Assembly: GCA_964485745.1 (NCBI GenBank)
Contig: CAZAKO010000003.1
Span: 8,562 to 55,803 of the forward strand
Reading direction: 5' to 3'
DNA length: 47,242 nt
Source: an uncultured bacterium
GTDB lineage: Bacteria > Fidelibacterota > UBA2242
How positions within the stretch are numbered: position 1 is the stretch's first letter; each line of letters starts with the position of its first letter. A program made the translations under genes and the position numbers. Below the pieces are notes generated by a model. That model was not told the DNA's origin and did no database searches. It saw only the letters and a program-made list of their open reading frames with translations. Positions 25,433 through 36,421 of the stretch are shown one piece after another.

Positions 25433-27676
25433 ATGAAAAACAGCCAATCAACGACGGTCACACTTGAGACAGCACTCCAGCATGGATTAAATGCCGAGGA
25501 ATGGGCTAAAATACTTGAGATATTAGGACGTATTCCCACAATCACCGAACTGGGCGTTTTTTCGGTAATGTGGAGTGAGCATTGCAGTTATAAGAACTCC
25601 ATCGCCATGATAAAGACACTGCCTCGCAGTGGTAAGCGGCTCCTGGTTGGTGCTGGTGAAGAAAATGCCGGTCTGATCGATATTGGAGAAGGGCAAGCGA
25701 TTTGTTTCAAAATCGAAAGCCACAATCATCCCTCTGCCCTCGAACCTTTTCAGGGAGCGGCGACTGGAGTGGGAGGAATCCTCCGGGATATTTTCACAAT
25801 GGGGGCCCGACCGGTGGCTTCATTGGATTCTTTACGCTTTGGGCCACTCGATATCCCGCATAACCGTTATTTATTCGATAACGTCGTCAAAGGCATTGCG
25901 AATTACGGCAATTGTATGGGTGTTCCAACGGTGGCGGGTGAGGTTTATTTTGAAGATTGCTATACCGGTAATCCACTGGTGAATGTGATGACGATTGGCA
26001 TCGTGAACCACGATCAAATTGTGCGAGCTGTATCGAAAGGAGAGGGGAATACCGTCATGATCGTTGGTTCGTCTACCGGGCGTGATGGCATTCATGGCGC
26101 CACGTTTGCTTCGGTCGAGCTCTCAGAAGAATCAGAAAACAAACGTTCCTCGGTTCAGGTAGGGGATCCATTCACTGAGAAATTGTTACTTGAAGCGACT
26201 CTTGAGTTAGCTAAACAGGATTACCTGATTGGAATTCAGGACATGGGCGCCGCCGGGATTGCCTGCTCTACGTCAGAGATGGCGGCTCGCGGAAAAACCG
26301 GCATGATTCTCGACCTGAGCGATGTCCCATTGCGTGAGTCGGACATGTCTCCCTATGAAATTATGCTATCCGAGTCTCAGGAACGCATGTTGGTGGTAAT
26401 CAGAAAAGGATTTGAAGAAGAAGCGCGGAATATTTTTAAAAAGTGGGATTTGAACTGTGTCAAGATTGGTAAGGTAATCAATTCCCACAACTTGGATATT
26501 TTTATGAAAGGGAAGAGGGTCGGTGCAGTACCCGCGTGGCATCTCGTTTTGGGAGGTGGAGCTCCTGTTTATCAGCGAGAAATCAAAGAACCTGCCTATC
26601 TGAAAAAGGTTCGTGAAAAAAACATCAGGCGTCTACCCGAACCGAAAGATTATAACCAAGTTCTGCTTCGATTGCTTGCCAGTCCGAATATTGCCAGTAA
26701 AGCTTGGGTTTACCATCAGTACGATTTTTCCGTGCGTACCAATACGGCCGTACCGCCGGGGAGTTCCGCTGCTGTCATAAGAATTAAAGGTACCAATAAA
26801 GCCATCGCTACAAAAACCGATGGTAATGGACGTTACACTTATCTTAATCCCTTTAAAGGTGGCGCAATTGCGGTTGCTGAATCGGCGCGCAACGTCGTTT
26901 GTTCAGGAGCAAAACCGCTGGCGATTACCAATTGCCTGAATTTTGGTGATCCTTACGATCCGGAAGTATATTATCAGTTCAAACAAGCAGTATTGGGTAT
27001 TGGAGAAGCCTGCCGGGTACTCGATACTCCGGTTACCGGGGGAAATGTGAGTTTCTATAACGAATCGCCTAATACGGTAGTGTATCCGACACCGGTAATT
27101 GGCATGTTGGGTCTTATCGAGAACCTATCGCATATCACGACCTCCTGGTTTAAACACGATGGTGATTTCATATTATTGTTGGGGGCTTTGAAAGGCGAAT
27201 TGGGAGGCAGTGAATATCTGAAGGTAATTCACAAAATTGTAGCCGGCGATGCTCCCGATTTGGACTTACCGTTCGAGAAACGTATCCAGACCGCCTGTCT
27301 GGAAGCAATTCGAAAAGGGATCGTCAACTCTGCGATTGATGTATCCGACGGCGGATTGGCAGTTGCCTTGGCAGAAGCGTGCATGACTAATCCCGAAAAG
27401 GCGCTGGGGGCTTCGATTTACATTTCACGAAAACTTCGCAATGACGAGATTTATTTCGGTGAGAGCCAATCAGTTATCATTATTACTATCAGTGAAAAGA
27501 ATCTCCTGGAAATGGAACGGATTGCCGCTAAAAATATTATTCCTTGTGTCACGATAGGACGCGTAAAGCATAACAATCGTTTGAAAATTAACGATATTAT
27601 TGACCTATCCTGTGATGAACTGCGTAGCGCATATCAGAATACGATTCCAGATTTTATGCAATTAATCGGAGCCTGA
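25433..27676 (+). CDS. purL: Phosphoribosylformylglycinamidine synthase subunit PurL (FGAM synthase II)
   Basis: 747 aa. Motifs SEHCSYK, ENAG, ESHNHPSALEPFQGAATGVGGILRD and a duplicated AIR-synthase-like fold. No purS or purQ is adjacent. Confidence 0.95.
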   Translation: MKNSQSTTVTLETALQHGLNAEEWAKILEILGRIPTITELGVFSVMWSEHCSYKNSIAMIKTLPRSGKRLLVGAGEENAGLIDIGEGQAICFKIESHNHPSALEPFQGAATGVGGILRDIFTMGARPVASLDSLRFGPLDIPHNRYLFDNVVKGIANYGNCMGVPTVAGEVYFEDCYTGNPLVNVMTIGIVNHDQIVRAVSKGEGNTVMIVGSSTGRDGIHGATFASVELSEESENKRSSVQVGDPFTEKLLLEATLELAKQDYLIGIQDMGAAGIACSTSEMAARGKTGMILDLSDVPLRESDMSPYEIMLSESQERMLVVIRKGFEEEARNIFKKWDLNCVKIGKVINSHNLDIFMKGKRVGAVPAWHLVLGGGAPVYQREIKEPAYLKKVREKNIRRLPEPKDYNQVLLRLLASPNIASKAWVYHQYDFSVRTNTAVPPGSSAAVIRIKGTNKAIATKTDGNGRYTYLNPFKGGAIAVAESARNVVCSGAKPLAITNCLNFGDPYDPEVYYQFKQAVLGIGEACRVLDTPVTGGNVSFYNESPNTVVYPTPVIGMLGLIENLSHITTSWFKHDGDFILLLGALKGELGGSEYLKVIHKIVAGDAPDLDLPFEKRIQTACLEAIRKGIVNSAIDVSDGGLAVALAEACMTNPEKALGASIYISRKLRNDEIYFGESQSVIIITISEKNLLEMERIAAKNIIPCVTIGRVKHNNRLKINDIIDLSCDELRSAYQNTIPDFMQLIGA

Positions 27677-27682
27677 GTATAA

Positions 27683-28837
27683 ATGCTGTCAGATCTAAAA
27701 GACCTAATACCGGAATTAAATACTATACGCCGCCACTTGCATGAGTATCCTGAAATTGCTTATAAAGAATTTCAGACAACACAGTATATCGAGGAAACCA
27801 TCAAAAGGTGGGGTTTGAAGTTCCATCCCTTCAAACGGTTACAGACGGGCGGATATTGTGACGTTGGCGCAGGACCCCTAATGGCGTTCCGGGCCGATAT
27901 CGACGGACTGGCTGTTATGGAAAATCAGGAGCACCCCTGCCGATCGCAGATTTCGGGCGTGATGCATGCCTGTGGTCATGATTACCATATCACACTGGGG
28001 TTAGGATTATTGCGCTACTTCGTCCGAAATAATATTTTAAAAAATCGCTTAAGAGTAATTTTTCAACCAGCAGAAGAAGCCTATCCCGGCGGCGCCAAGG
28101 ACGTTATCGCCGAAAACATTCTGCGTGGATGTAAAGTGATCTTGACCACGCATGTTCTATCTGACCTCACAGTTGGGAAAATCGGTCTATGTCAGGGCGT
28201 GTCGAGTGCTTCTTCCAGTACATTAGCAATCGAAATATCCGGTCCAGGAGGACACACTTCCCGACCTCACGAATCTGTGGATTTAATTCGCCTCACGGGA
28301 GCATATCTCTGTCAGATGAATGACTATATTCAGCAGAAAACCGATCCACGCCTACGATTCACATTAGTTTTTGGTGAAATCAAAGGGGGCACCGCCCATA
28401 ATATTATACCCCAATTTATCTCCTTGAGAGGAACGTTAAGAACGCTGGAGGTCAATTTAGCACCTCAGATTATTGACGAGATCAGACAATTTAGTGCTCA
28501 GTACTCTCAGATTTATGGTTGTACAATTGTCGTCAGTAACCCATCTACTTGTCCAGTAGTAGTAAATGACCAAAACCTCGTTAAGTATTTTGTTGACTTC
28601 GCCAAAGCGCATAAAATAGAACATGAATTCGTTCTTCTACCACAACCCTCGATGGGCGCCGATGATTTTGCTTATTATTTAGATAAGATACCGGGTTTGT
28701 ATATGAAGTTAGGATGCGGGGGAAAGGGAAGCGCTCATTCCGGCGAATTTGAAGCAGATGAATCGATGCTGGCGCCGGCGATGAATCACTTAATCAGTTT
28801 TATTAAGTATCTATCCTGTAATAGACTGATTGTCTGA
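27683..28837 (+). CDS. M20D-family amidohydrolase (aminoacylase / N-acetyl-diaminopimelate deacetylase-like)
   Basis: 384 aa. Motifs IRRHLHEYPEIAYKEFQT, MHACGHDYH and FQPAEE, typical of the M20D/ILR1/hippurate-hydrolase family. Confidence 0.85.
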   Translation: MLSDLKDLIPELNTIRRHLHEYPEIAYKEFQTTQYIEETIKRWGLKFHPFKRLQTGGYCDVGAGPLMAFRADIDGLAVMENQEHPCRSQISGVMHACGHDYHITLGLGLLRYFVRNNILKNRLRVIFQPAEEAYPGGAKDVIAENILRGCKVILTTHVLSDLTVGKIGLCQGVSSASSSTLAIEISGPGGHTSRPHESVDLIRLTGAYLCQMNDYIQQKTDPRLRFTLVFGEIKGGTAHNIIPQFISLRGTLRTLEVNLAPQIIDEIRQFSAQYSQIYGCTIVVSNPSTCPVVVNDQNLVKYFVDFAKAHKIEHEFVLLPQPSMGADDFAYYLDKIPGLYMKLGCGGKGSAHSGEFEADESMLAPAMNHLISFIKYLSCNRLIV

Positions 28838-29863
28838 ATGTTGAACGTAGCCGTGCGGATTACGCTTCTGCCAGTTCCATGTATCGCGGCACATTTCTTC
28901 AATCCCACGTTTGGCGACCCAATTTAATTCGATCTTGGCTTTGGTGGCATCGGCAAAGCACTCGGCGATATCGCCAGGGCGGCGATCAACGATTTGGTAA
29001 GGGATTTCGGTCTGGGCGACTTTCGCAAATGTTTTTACCATGTCAAGAACACTATACCCCATGCCCGTCCCAAGGTTGTATGTGTGACATCCTTTCCATG
29101 AAAAGATCTTCTCGAGCGCACATAAATGCCCCTGAGCTAAATCTACTACATGAATATAGTCCCGGATACCGGTTCCGTCACGGGTTGGATAATCGGCACC
29201 ATAGATTCGCAGAAATGGTAAACGCCCGACGGCCACTTGAGCTATATATGGCATCAAATTATTGGGAATACCCCGAGGGTCTTCACCTATCAATCCGCTT
29301 ACATGTGCGCCAACCGGATTAAAATAACGCAAGAGAATTACTTTCCAATCGTGAGTAACATGTAGATCTTTTAGTAGATACTCAATGATTAGCTTGGTTG
29401 ATCCATAAGGATTAACAGCCGCAACAGGGAAGTCTTCGGTAATCGGAACCTTGTGCGGGATACCATAAACAGTTGCTGACGAGCTGAAGATAATTTTATC
29501 AATTCCGTACTGCTCCATCGCGCTACAAAGCATAATTGTACCATATACATTATTTTCATAGTAGCGTAGCGGCTCAAGCATTGACTCACCCACAGCTTTA
29601 AGTCCCGCGAAATGAATTACCGCATCGATGGTGTGCTTTTCGAATACCTTGTATAATGCATCTTTATCCCGAATATCAATCTTGTAAAAGGACAATTGTT
29701 TATTGGTCAGGATTTGAATTCGGCTTAGCGATTCAATACTACTATTGGATAAATTATCTACGACAATCAGCTCATAACCACCCTGGAGGAGTTCCAGACA
29801 AGTGTGGGAGCCGATATAACCCGCTCCACCGGTGACCAGTATTTTTTTTCGTTTATCAGCCAT
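28811..29863 (-). CDS. galE: UDP-glucose 4-epimerase
   Basis: 350 aa. Rossmann motif VTGGAGYIGSH, catalytic SSSATVYG and YGSTK (YxxxK). The 3' end overlaps the convergent M20D gene by 27 nt. Confidence 0.93.
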   Translation of the reverse strand: MADKRKKILVTGGAGYIGSHTCLELLQGGYELIVVDNLSNSSIESLSRIQILTNKQLSFYKIDIRDKDALYKVFEKHTIDAVIHFAGLKAVGESMLEPLRYYENNVYGTIMLCSAMEQYGIDKIIFSSSATVYGIPHKVPITEDFPVAAVNPYGSTKLIIEYLLKDLHVTHDWKVILLRYFNPVGAHVSGLIGEDPRGIPNNLMPYIAQVAVGRLPFLRIYGADYPTRDGTGIRDYIHVVDLAQGHLCALEKIFSWKGCHTYNLGTGMGYSVLDMVKTFAKVAQTEIPYQIVDRRPGDIAECFADATKAKIELNWVAKRGIEEMCRDTWNWQKRNPHGYVQHSDNQSITG

Positions 29864-30935
29864 TCTTTGCGATACTCTTTCCGATTATCCCCACTGGTAC
29901 CGAGGGGAAGGTGATTCCAAACTGAAAATATTCTGATTCACCGATACAAATAAACATACCTGGTTTGAAATCAGCAATTCCTAAAAAACCCGGGAATATC
30001 TCTATCTTATTAGTTATATACTTCGGTCCAGTCAGGGTAAAAGAACCTAACAGGGAATTATATCGATCATAAAATATTGCGAAAACATAATCTAAATTGG
30101 GTGCCATATATCTGGCATCGCGATAATGAATTTCCTGCAGTTTTTGAACAACCGCTCCCAACGAACAGGAAATAGATGTCGAATCATTTAAGCTGCGACT
30201 TATTCCGCATGTTGTCGTTAAGCCCCAATATAAAAAAGCCGAATATTCACTTTTACCAAAACGCACCTTGGTCGCATATTGCTGCCCCGCATTTTCGATA
30301 TGACGATTATGTGGGTTATAATAAGGTTGTAATGACCAGTCAAAAATCGGCACTGTTTGGGTGAAGAATTTTTCCCCAAACTCACTATTGAAAAGCAATA
30401 TTCCAAGAGGATTGAATATTAACATATCTGAAATCGGATCGACGTTGCAACCGATAAATTCACCATTTTCGTAAATTTCATTACAGAACTGATAGGTAGT
30501 TGTGATTAATAAAGACCTTAATTTTGGATTAGAATATTGGTGATATGTGTACCATTCAGCCAGCTTTTGATACTGCATCCCATTGCCTAAAATATGCAAA
30601 CCGATATTGGGCAGAAACTGAGATTCATTGGAATTTGTTGTAATATTGAATATTTCACGATGCAAAAATTTTTGTAGCCCATATTTTTTTATATTACTGA
30701 TTGGATTAGAAATATTCATCCAAACGTTTTTAATTCCATTTTGGTAGGGTTGTTTAAAAATGTCCTTGGAATATGAACCATTGCGTAAGATGTCGCAAGC
30801 CCCATTAGTAAATAAAGTTACAGGATTAAAAATAGACTCTGAGCCATAGTCAATTTCCGGATGATAAAAATGAAACTGAGAAAAGCCTTTAGATGATATT
30901 AAAAAAACCAATACAATCAAAGAAAATTTATTCAT
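29856..30935 (-). CDS. Hypothetical exported protein (visibly AT-rich gene)
   Basis: 359 aa. Signal peptide MNKFSLIVLVFLISSKGFSQ, rich in aromatic and Asn residues. The stop overlaps the galE start by 8 nt. The pattern HILGNGMQY...EIYENGEF...VDPISDMLIFNPLGILLFN loosely recalls DUF3943-like envelope proteins (unverified). Confidence 0.6.
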   Translation of the reverse strand: MNKFSLIVLVFLISSKGFSQFHFYHPEIDYGSESIFNPVTLFTNGACDILRNGSYSKDIFKQPYQNGIKNVWMNISNPISNIKKYGLQKFLHREIFNITTNSNESQFLPNIGLHILGNGMQYQKLAEWYTYHQYSNPKLRSLLITTTYQFCNEIYENGEFIGCNVDPISDMLIFNPLGILLFNSEFGEKFFTQTVPIFDWSLQPYYNPHNRHIENAGQQYATKVRFGKSEYSAFLYWGLTTTCGISRSLNDSTSISCSLGAVVQKLQEIHYRDARYMAPNLDYVFAIFYDRYNSLLGSFTLTGPKYITNKIEIFPGFLGIADFKPGMFICIGESEYFQFGITFPSVPVGIIGKSIAKNG

Positions 30936-31093
30936 ACATATTCTTGGATAACTTACTTATTCAAATTTAATCCTGTTTACTATTGTATCAAAGACGTTCA
31001 TTTGAGTTGCTATTAGTATTATGCATAAGAACTATTATGTAAACATGCGAATGGCAAGAAACAACCTGCAATTCCTGAAAGTCCCTACTTCCC

Positions 31094-33514
31094 TTATTCA
31101 GTTACAATACTGATCAATTTGTTTTTAATGAAGATGGTCTTTTTTATTTTTTTTGCGTCAATATGACGTTGGACATTTTCTAAATCTAATGCAGCTTTTA
31201 AACAATCATTTTCGTCTAAGTCACGTTCAATATTTATATGACCCCTGATTTTCCCGTTAACCTGAACTGCAATAGAAACGATTTCATCTTTGATTAGGCG
31301 AAGATCATATTTTGGCCAATCTTGAAATGCCAAGGACTGTGATTCGCCTAATAAATGCCAAATTTCTTCTGTTATATGTGGAGCGAATGGATTGAGCAGT
31401 TGCAGAAAAGATTTAAGAACACTGATTGGTTTTATAGAGACTTTTTGGATTTCATTTAGGAAAATCATCATTTGGGCAATTGCTGTATTAAAGCGCAGGT
31501 TTTCAATATCTTCAGTCACTTTGTAGATGCATTTATTAATAAAAATCTGGATTTTTCCTTCAGGTGCAACATCCTGAATATCAGGATTTAAAGTGCCAGT
31601 TTCTGAAATGAAAAGATTCCAGACACGATTAAGAAACCTAAAAACTCCATCAATGCTTGAGGTACTCCAGGGCTTGGTGCGTGTAAGCGGTCCCATAAAC
31701 ATTTCATAGACTCTAAAGGTATCTGCACCAAATTTATTAAGAATGTCATCTGGGTTAATAACATTACCACGCGACTTGCTCATCTTCTCGTTATCTTCTC
31801 CGAGAATCATACCTTGATTGACAAGTTTCAGAAATGGTTCAGGAGTACTGACCAAACCCAGGTCAAACAAAACTTTATGCCAGAAACGTGCATAAAGCAG
31901 ATGCAGAACCGCGTGCTCTGCTCCGCCAATATATAAGTCTACTGGCATCCAGTATTTTTCCTTGTCCCTATTAACAAATTCTCCTGAATTAGTGGGATCA
32001 ATATAACGTAAATAGTACCAGCAAGAGCCAGCCCATTGCGGCATTGTATTCGTTTCGAATGTCGATAAATGACCCGTTACAGGATCAGTAAAATTTGTCC
32101 AGGTAGGTAAATTGGCAAGCGGTGATTCACCGGTGCCGCTGGGTTCATATTTTTCCAATTCCGGCAGAGTCAGTGGAAGTTCTTTTTTATCGACCAATCT
32201 TACTTTTCCATCTACTTTAGAAATGATAATGGGAAAAGGTTCGCCCCAGTACCTTTGACGGGAAAAAACCCAGTCTCGTAGTTTATACTGGATAGATGGA
32301 GTTCCAACTTGATTGTCTTTCAACCATTCGATGATGCGTTTTTTAGCATTTTCTACATTCAGACCATTTAATATTCCGGAGTTGACTAAAATTCCATCGC
32401 CAGTCCAGGCTTCTTTGGTTATGTCACCGCCGGAAATGACCTCGATAATTTCCAAATTAAATTTCTTGGCAAATTCCCAGTCACGTTGGTCATGTCCCGG
32501 AACAGCCATGATGGCTCCAGTACCATAGGTCATTAATACATAATCAGAAGTCCAGATCGGGATTTTCTTGGAATTGACCGGATTGACAGCATAGAGTCCG
32601 GTGAAAATGCCGGTTTTTTCGCGATTAAGTTCGGTACGATCCAAATCGCTTTTATTTTGAGCCAGTTTTTTATACTCATTAATACTGGACTGAAATTGAG
32701 ATGACACCAGCTCGTCAAGAATGGGATGTTCGGGAGATACGACCATGTAAGTCGCTCCGAACAAAGTATCAGGTCGCGTGGTAAAAACTTCCAATGTCTT
32801 TTTGTGACCAGCAATTCGGAAAAGGATATTTGCTCCCTCCGAGCGACCGATCCAGTTTCTTTGCATTTCCTTGATACTATCCGGGAAATCAACTAAATCT
32901 AGGTCGTTCAACAGGCGGTCGGCATAGGCAGTGATTTTCAGCATCCATTGCCGCATTGGGACACGAATTACCGGATGTCCCCCCCTCTCCGATTTACCAT
33001 TGACGACTTCCTCGTTAGCCAGTACGGTTTTCAACTCCGGACACCAGTTGACCGGTATCTCAGCCTGATATGCTAATCCCATTTTATAAATTTGCTGAAA
33101 TATCCATTGAGTCCATTTGTAATATTGTGGATCGGTAGTATTGATTTCCCGCTCCCAGTCATAGGAGAAGCCAAAAGCTTTAATCTGGCGTCGAAATGTA
33201 GCTATATTACGCTGAGTAGTTATTTTAGGATGGGTACCGGTTTGCAGAGCATAATTTTCTGCCGGCAAGCCAAAGGCATCCCAGCCCATCGGGTGCAGAA
33301 CATTAAACCCTTTTTGACGTTTATAGCGTGCGATAATGTCAGTAGCTATATATCCTTCGGGGTGCCCAACATGCAGACCTGCCCCTGATGGATACGGAAA
33401 CATATCCAGTACGTAATACTTAGGTTTCGGGGAAAAATCAAGCGCCCGAAAGGTTTTGTGCTCTTCCCAGTATTTTTGCCATTTCTTTTCGATTTCAGCG
33501 AATGGATAAATCAT
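31094..33514 (-). CDS. leuS: Leucine--tRNA ligase
   Basis: 806 aa. HIGH-type motif ([10 protein letters not shown]), CP1 editing domain ([19 protein letters not shown]), and KMSKS present verbatim. Confidence 0.96.
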   Translation of the reverse strand: MIYPFAEIEKKWQKYWEEHKTFRALDFSPKPKYYVLDMFPYPSGAGLHVGHPEGYIATDIIARYKRQKGFNVLHPMGWDAFGLPAENYALQTGTHPKITTQRNIATFRRQIKAFGFSYDWEREINTTDPQYYKWTQWIFQQIYKMGLAYQAEIPVNWCPELKTVLANEEVVNGKSERGGHPVIRVPMRQWMLKITAYADRLLNDLDLVDFPDSIKEMQRNWIGRSEGANILFRIAGHKKTLEVFTTRPDTLFGATYMVVSPEHPILDELVSSQFQSSINEYKKLAQNKSDLDRTELNREKTGIFTGLYAVNPVNSKKIPIWTSDYVLMTYGTGAIMAVPGHDQRDWEFAKKFNLEIIEVISGGDITKEAWTGDGILVNSGILNGLNVENAKKRIIEWLKDNQVGTPSIQYKLRDWVFSRQRYWGEPFPIIISKVDGKVRLVDKKELPLTLPELEKYEPSGTGESPLANLPTWTNFTDPVTGHLSTFETNTMPQWAGSCWYYLRYIDPTNSGEFVNRDKEKYWMPVDLYIGGAEHAVLHLLYARFWHKVLFDLGLVSTPEPFLKLVNQGMILGEDNEKMSKSRGNVINPDDILNKFGADTFRVYEMFMGPLTRTKPWSTSSIDGVFRFLNRVWNLFISETGTLNPDIQDVAPEGKIQIFINKCIYKVTEDIENLRFNTAIAQMMIFLNEIQKVSIKPISVLKSFLQLLNPFAPHITEEIWHLLGESQSLAFQDWPKYDLRLIKDEIVSIAVQVNGKIRGHINIERDLDENDCLKAALDLENVQRHIDAKKIKKTIFIKNKLISIVTE

Positions 33515-33549
33515 TTAATTTCAGCCCTTAATTAATCAAATCTCAATTA

Positions 33550-34764
33550 TCAGTATAAAATTGCGACCCGGATTGTCCCTGGTATCATTTTGATTTTTTC
33601 GATGACACCTCGTTCATATTCAATACCAATATCGGTAATGACATATCCGAGATGTTCATTGGTTTTTAAGTACTGCCCTTCTATATTAATGGAATTGGCA
33701 GCAAAAATATTATTGATCCTTGCGAGAATACCCGGAACATTCTGATGCACATGCACTAAGCGGTGTGCATTTAAAATCTCAGGTAACTGCAGGTTAGGGA
33801 AGTTGACACTGAGCATGGTGCTGCCATTCTGAACGAAGTCAACGATTTTATGCGTAACAAATTCAGCGATATTCCGTTGAGCTTCTTCCGTACTGCCGCC
33901 GATATGGGGAGTGATGATCACGTTTGGAAAATTCTGTAATTCGCTTCCGAATTGCTCATTGTTCTGTTTGGGTTCGACCGGAAAAACGTCCACCGCCGCC
34001 CCTTTGATCTTGCCATTTCCAAGGAATTTTACCAAGGCGGGGATATCAACAACGAAACCGCGTGAAAGGTTCAGAAAAATTACCCCGTCCTTCATTAATT
34101 GAAATTGGTTTTCACCGATTAAGCCTTTATTTTCAGGGCGTCCATCAACATGGACGGTCACAATATCCACTTTTTCAAGTAATTGCTGAAGTGAATCGCA
34201 ACGTTTGGCATTACCCAGTGCCAGCTTGTCTACGATATCGTAGTAATAAACCTGCATCCCGAGCGATTCGGCCAGGACGGAAAGCTGCGCGCCGATATTA
34301 CCGTAACCAATAATTCCCAAACGTTTGCCACGCACCTCATACGTGCCTTCGGCGCTTTTTGACCATACGCCATGGCGCAACTTATTGCTTTTTTCAAACA
34401 CACCCCTGATCAGCATAATAATTTCACCCAATACCAGTTCCACTACACTGCGGGTGTTGCTGTAAGGGGCATTAAAGACTGCAACTCCCTGACTGGAGGC
34501 TTGCCGTAGATCGATCTGGTTGGTCCCGATACAGTATGCACCAATTACTTCTAATTTATCGGCACAAGTGAGGATTTTACGTGTCACCCGGGTTTTTGAC
34601 CGGATACCTAAAATCGATACGTCCTTGATTTTTTGACAAAGTTCATCTTCATCCAGAGCACCATCCAGTATCTCCAGCTTAAAATCACCGTTGGAAAACA
34701 CCGGATAAGCGTCAGGGTGGATGTGTTCCAGAAGCAGGACTTTTTTTGTTTCTTTGTTATACAT
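33550..34764 (-). CDS. serA: D-3-phosphoglycerate dehydrogenase with C-terminal ACT domain
   Basis: 404 aa. NAD-binding motif GIIGYGNIGAQL, catalytic region (LSRG...D, TPHIGGST), and an ACT-like tail (HRLVHVHQNVPGILARIN). Confidence 0.9.
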   Translation of the reverse strand: MYNKETKKVLLLEHIHPDAYPVFSNGDFKLEILDGALDEDELCQKIKDVSILGIRSKTRVTRKILTCADKLEVIGAYCIGTNQIDLRQASSQGVAVFNAPYSNTRSVVELVLGEIIMLIRGVFEKSNKLRHGVWSKSAEGTYEVRGKRLGIIGYGNIGAQLSVLAESLGMQVYYYDIVDKLALGNAKRCDSLQQLLEKVDIVTVHVDGRPENKGLIGENQFQLMKDGVIFLNLSRGFVVDIPALVKFLGNGKIKGAAVDVFPVEPKQNNEQFGSELQNFPNVIITPHIGGSTEEAQRNIAEFVTHKIVDFVQNGSTMLSVNFPNLQLPEILNAHRLVHVHQNVPGILARINNIFAANSINIEGQYLKTNEHLGYVITDIGIEYERGVIEKIKMIPGTIRVAILY

Positions 34765-34876
34765 TTTATCTCATTTTTAGCGGTATTTGATTATTTGTTA
34801 GGTAGGATCTCACTCGGAAAAATTGTCCATAGTTTAGATTATTCTTTGAAATATCCAAGAAAAACCAACCAATCCT

Positions 34877-35926
34877 TCATAGAATCTGTATGCCGCTCGC
34901 TTGACACTGCTGGAGCATTTCAAGCGGCCAAATACTGGCCTGCACCTCCCCGATATGCGCCTTTCTGAGGTAGAACATACAAAGCCTGGATTGGCCAATA
35001 CCGCCTCCGATCGACGCCGGCAATTTATCATTCAACAGTAACTTGTGAAATTCTAGATCTTTTTTCCAGGTTTCCGCTTTAAAGGTTAGCTGGTCAACTA
35101 ATGCGGTTTTATCTACCCTGATTCCCATCGAAGATAACTCCAATGCGCAGGCGAGCGGCGGATACCAGACGAGGATATCGCCATTCAATCCGTGCCTTCC
35201 GGGACTGGTTTCGGTAATCCAGTCATCATAATCGGAAGCCCGCTCGTCATGGGGCTTTCCTTCACTTAACGGATAACCTATCCCAATGACGAAGACGGCT
35301 TTTTTTTCGCGGCAAATGCGATTTTCGCGCTCCCGCGGATCAAGTGCGGGAAACATCTCCTGTAATTCTTCAGTATGAATAAAATGGATGGTGTCCGGCA
35401 GGATGTTCGGAGCTAATTCGGGATATTTTCTGGTGATGAAGTGTTCCGTTTTGACGATGACTTTGTATATTTTACGCACAATATATTTCAGGACGTTGAG
35501 GTTGCGTTCTTTATCTGAGATGATACGCTCCCAATCCCACTGATCAACATATACTGAGTGCAGGTTATCGAGTGTTGCTTCATCAGGCCGTATGGCGTTC
35601 ATATCCGTATAGAGCCCTTCGCCACTGATAAATCCATAGTCAATCAGAGCTTTCCGCTTCCATTTGGCGAGCGACTGGACAATCTCGGCATCCTGGGCCA
35701 GGGCTTTGATTGAAAATTTGACTGGTTGTTCTTGGCCCGATAAATAGTCATTAAGGCCACTGTTACCCGAAACAATCAAAGGTGCCGAAACCCTCTGGAG
35801 ATTCATTTCCTGAGCGAAAGCCATTTCGAAATGATCCTTGATAAATTTAATGGCCTGTTCGGTTTCCCGAATATCGAGACGAGAATTGTAGCCTTCGGGC
35901 ATGTGGATGTTATGCTTGAACGACAT
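34877..35926 (-). CDS. asnA: Aspartate--ammonia ligase (asparagine synthetase A)
   Basis: Collinear with E. coli AsnA from memory: QSLAKWKR, VYVDQWDWERI, LNGDILVW, ELSSMGIRVD and GGGIGQSRL. ATG 35926 or 35902 is the likely start; the ORF-track start 35968 is probably too long. Confidence 0.9.
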   Translation of the reverse strand: MSFKHNIHMPEGYNSRLDIRETEQAIKFIKDHFEMAFAQEMNLQRVSAPLIVSGNSGLNDYLSGQEQPVKFSIKALAQDAEIVQSLAKWKRKALIDYGFISGEGLYTDMNAIRPDEATLDNLHSVYVDQWDWERIISDKERNLNVLKYIVRKIYKVIVKTEHFITRKYPELAPNILPDTIHFIHTEELQEMFPALDPRERENRICREKKAVFVIGIGYPLSEGKPHDERASDYDDWITETSPGRHGLNGDILVWYPPLACALELSSMGIRVDKTALVDQLTFKAETWKKDLEFHKLLLNDKLPASIGGGIGQSRLCMFYLRKAHIGEVQASIWPLEMLQQCQASGIQIL

Positions 35927-36413
35927 GGGATTGAGTGACTCCTTTAAGCCAATTGATGGCTTGATCAATGATTTTGGCGTGGTCCTTTATTATCGTAGAG
36001 CAGGATCGACTAATAAAATTTAGCAATCTATTGGAAACTGCCGCCTGCCGCAGTTCATCTTCGTCGAGGATTTTGACCGTATCATCGGGATAGATTAATA
36101 TGTCAAGCACCAGATCGCGCCACCTGAAGCATGACGACGTAAGTCGCACATGGTCAGCGATATTAAAATAACTGCCGACTAAACAATTCTCTGCGTCGAA
36201 CCACTGATATAATGTATACGGCCGTTCCTGCCAGTAAAAAGCATAGGTTCGCCAGTCTTTCAATAAACACAAAGCATCGACCTGGATATTTTTCGGTACC
36301 AGATAATGTAAAATTCCCCGCTGACGGCGTGCATCCAGATAAAGCAAAGTGCAGTCAAACCGCAAAATACGATTATCCAACGTGTGTTTTTCTTCGACAC
36401 AAGCCTTGTTCAC
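35910..36413 (-). CDS. DUF402 (FomD-like) domain protein
   Basis: 167 aa. The pattern YWQERPYTLYQWFD..GCLVGSYFNI......RWRDLVLDILIYPDDTVKILDEDEL matches the DUF402 beta-barrel signature. Confidence 0.7.
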   Translation of the reverse strand: MNKACVEEKHTLDNRILRFDCTLLYLDARRQRGILHYLVPKNIQVDALCLLKDWRTYAFYWQERPYTLYQWFDAENCLVGSYFNIADHVRLTSSCFRWRDLVLDILIYPDDTVKILDEDELRQAAVSNRLLNFISRSCSTIIKDHAKIIDQAINWLKGVTQSHVVQA

Positions 36414-36421
36414 GTCAACGG

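Noticed and set aside
28811-28837. 27-nt convergent 3' overlap of galE and the M20D gene, plus a 17-nt overlap at 44686-44702
   Set aside because: Convergent tail overlaps are common in compact genomes. The galE tail (VQHSDNQSITG) extends past the conserved end of the family, and I noticed no hairpin or other structure there.
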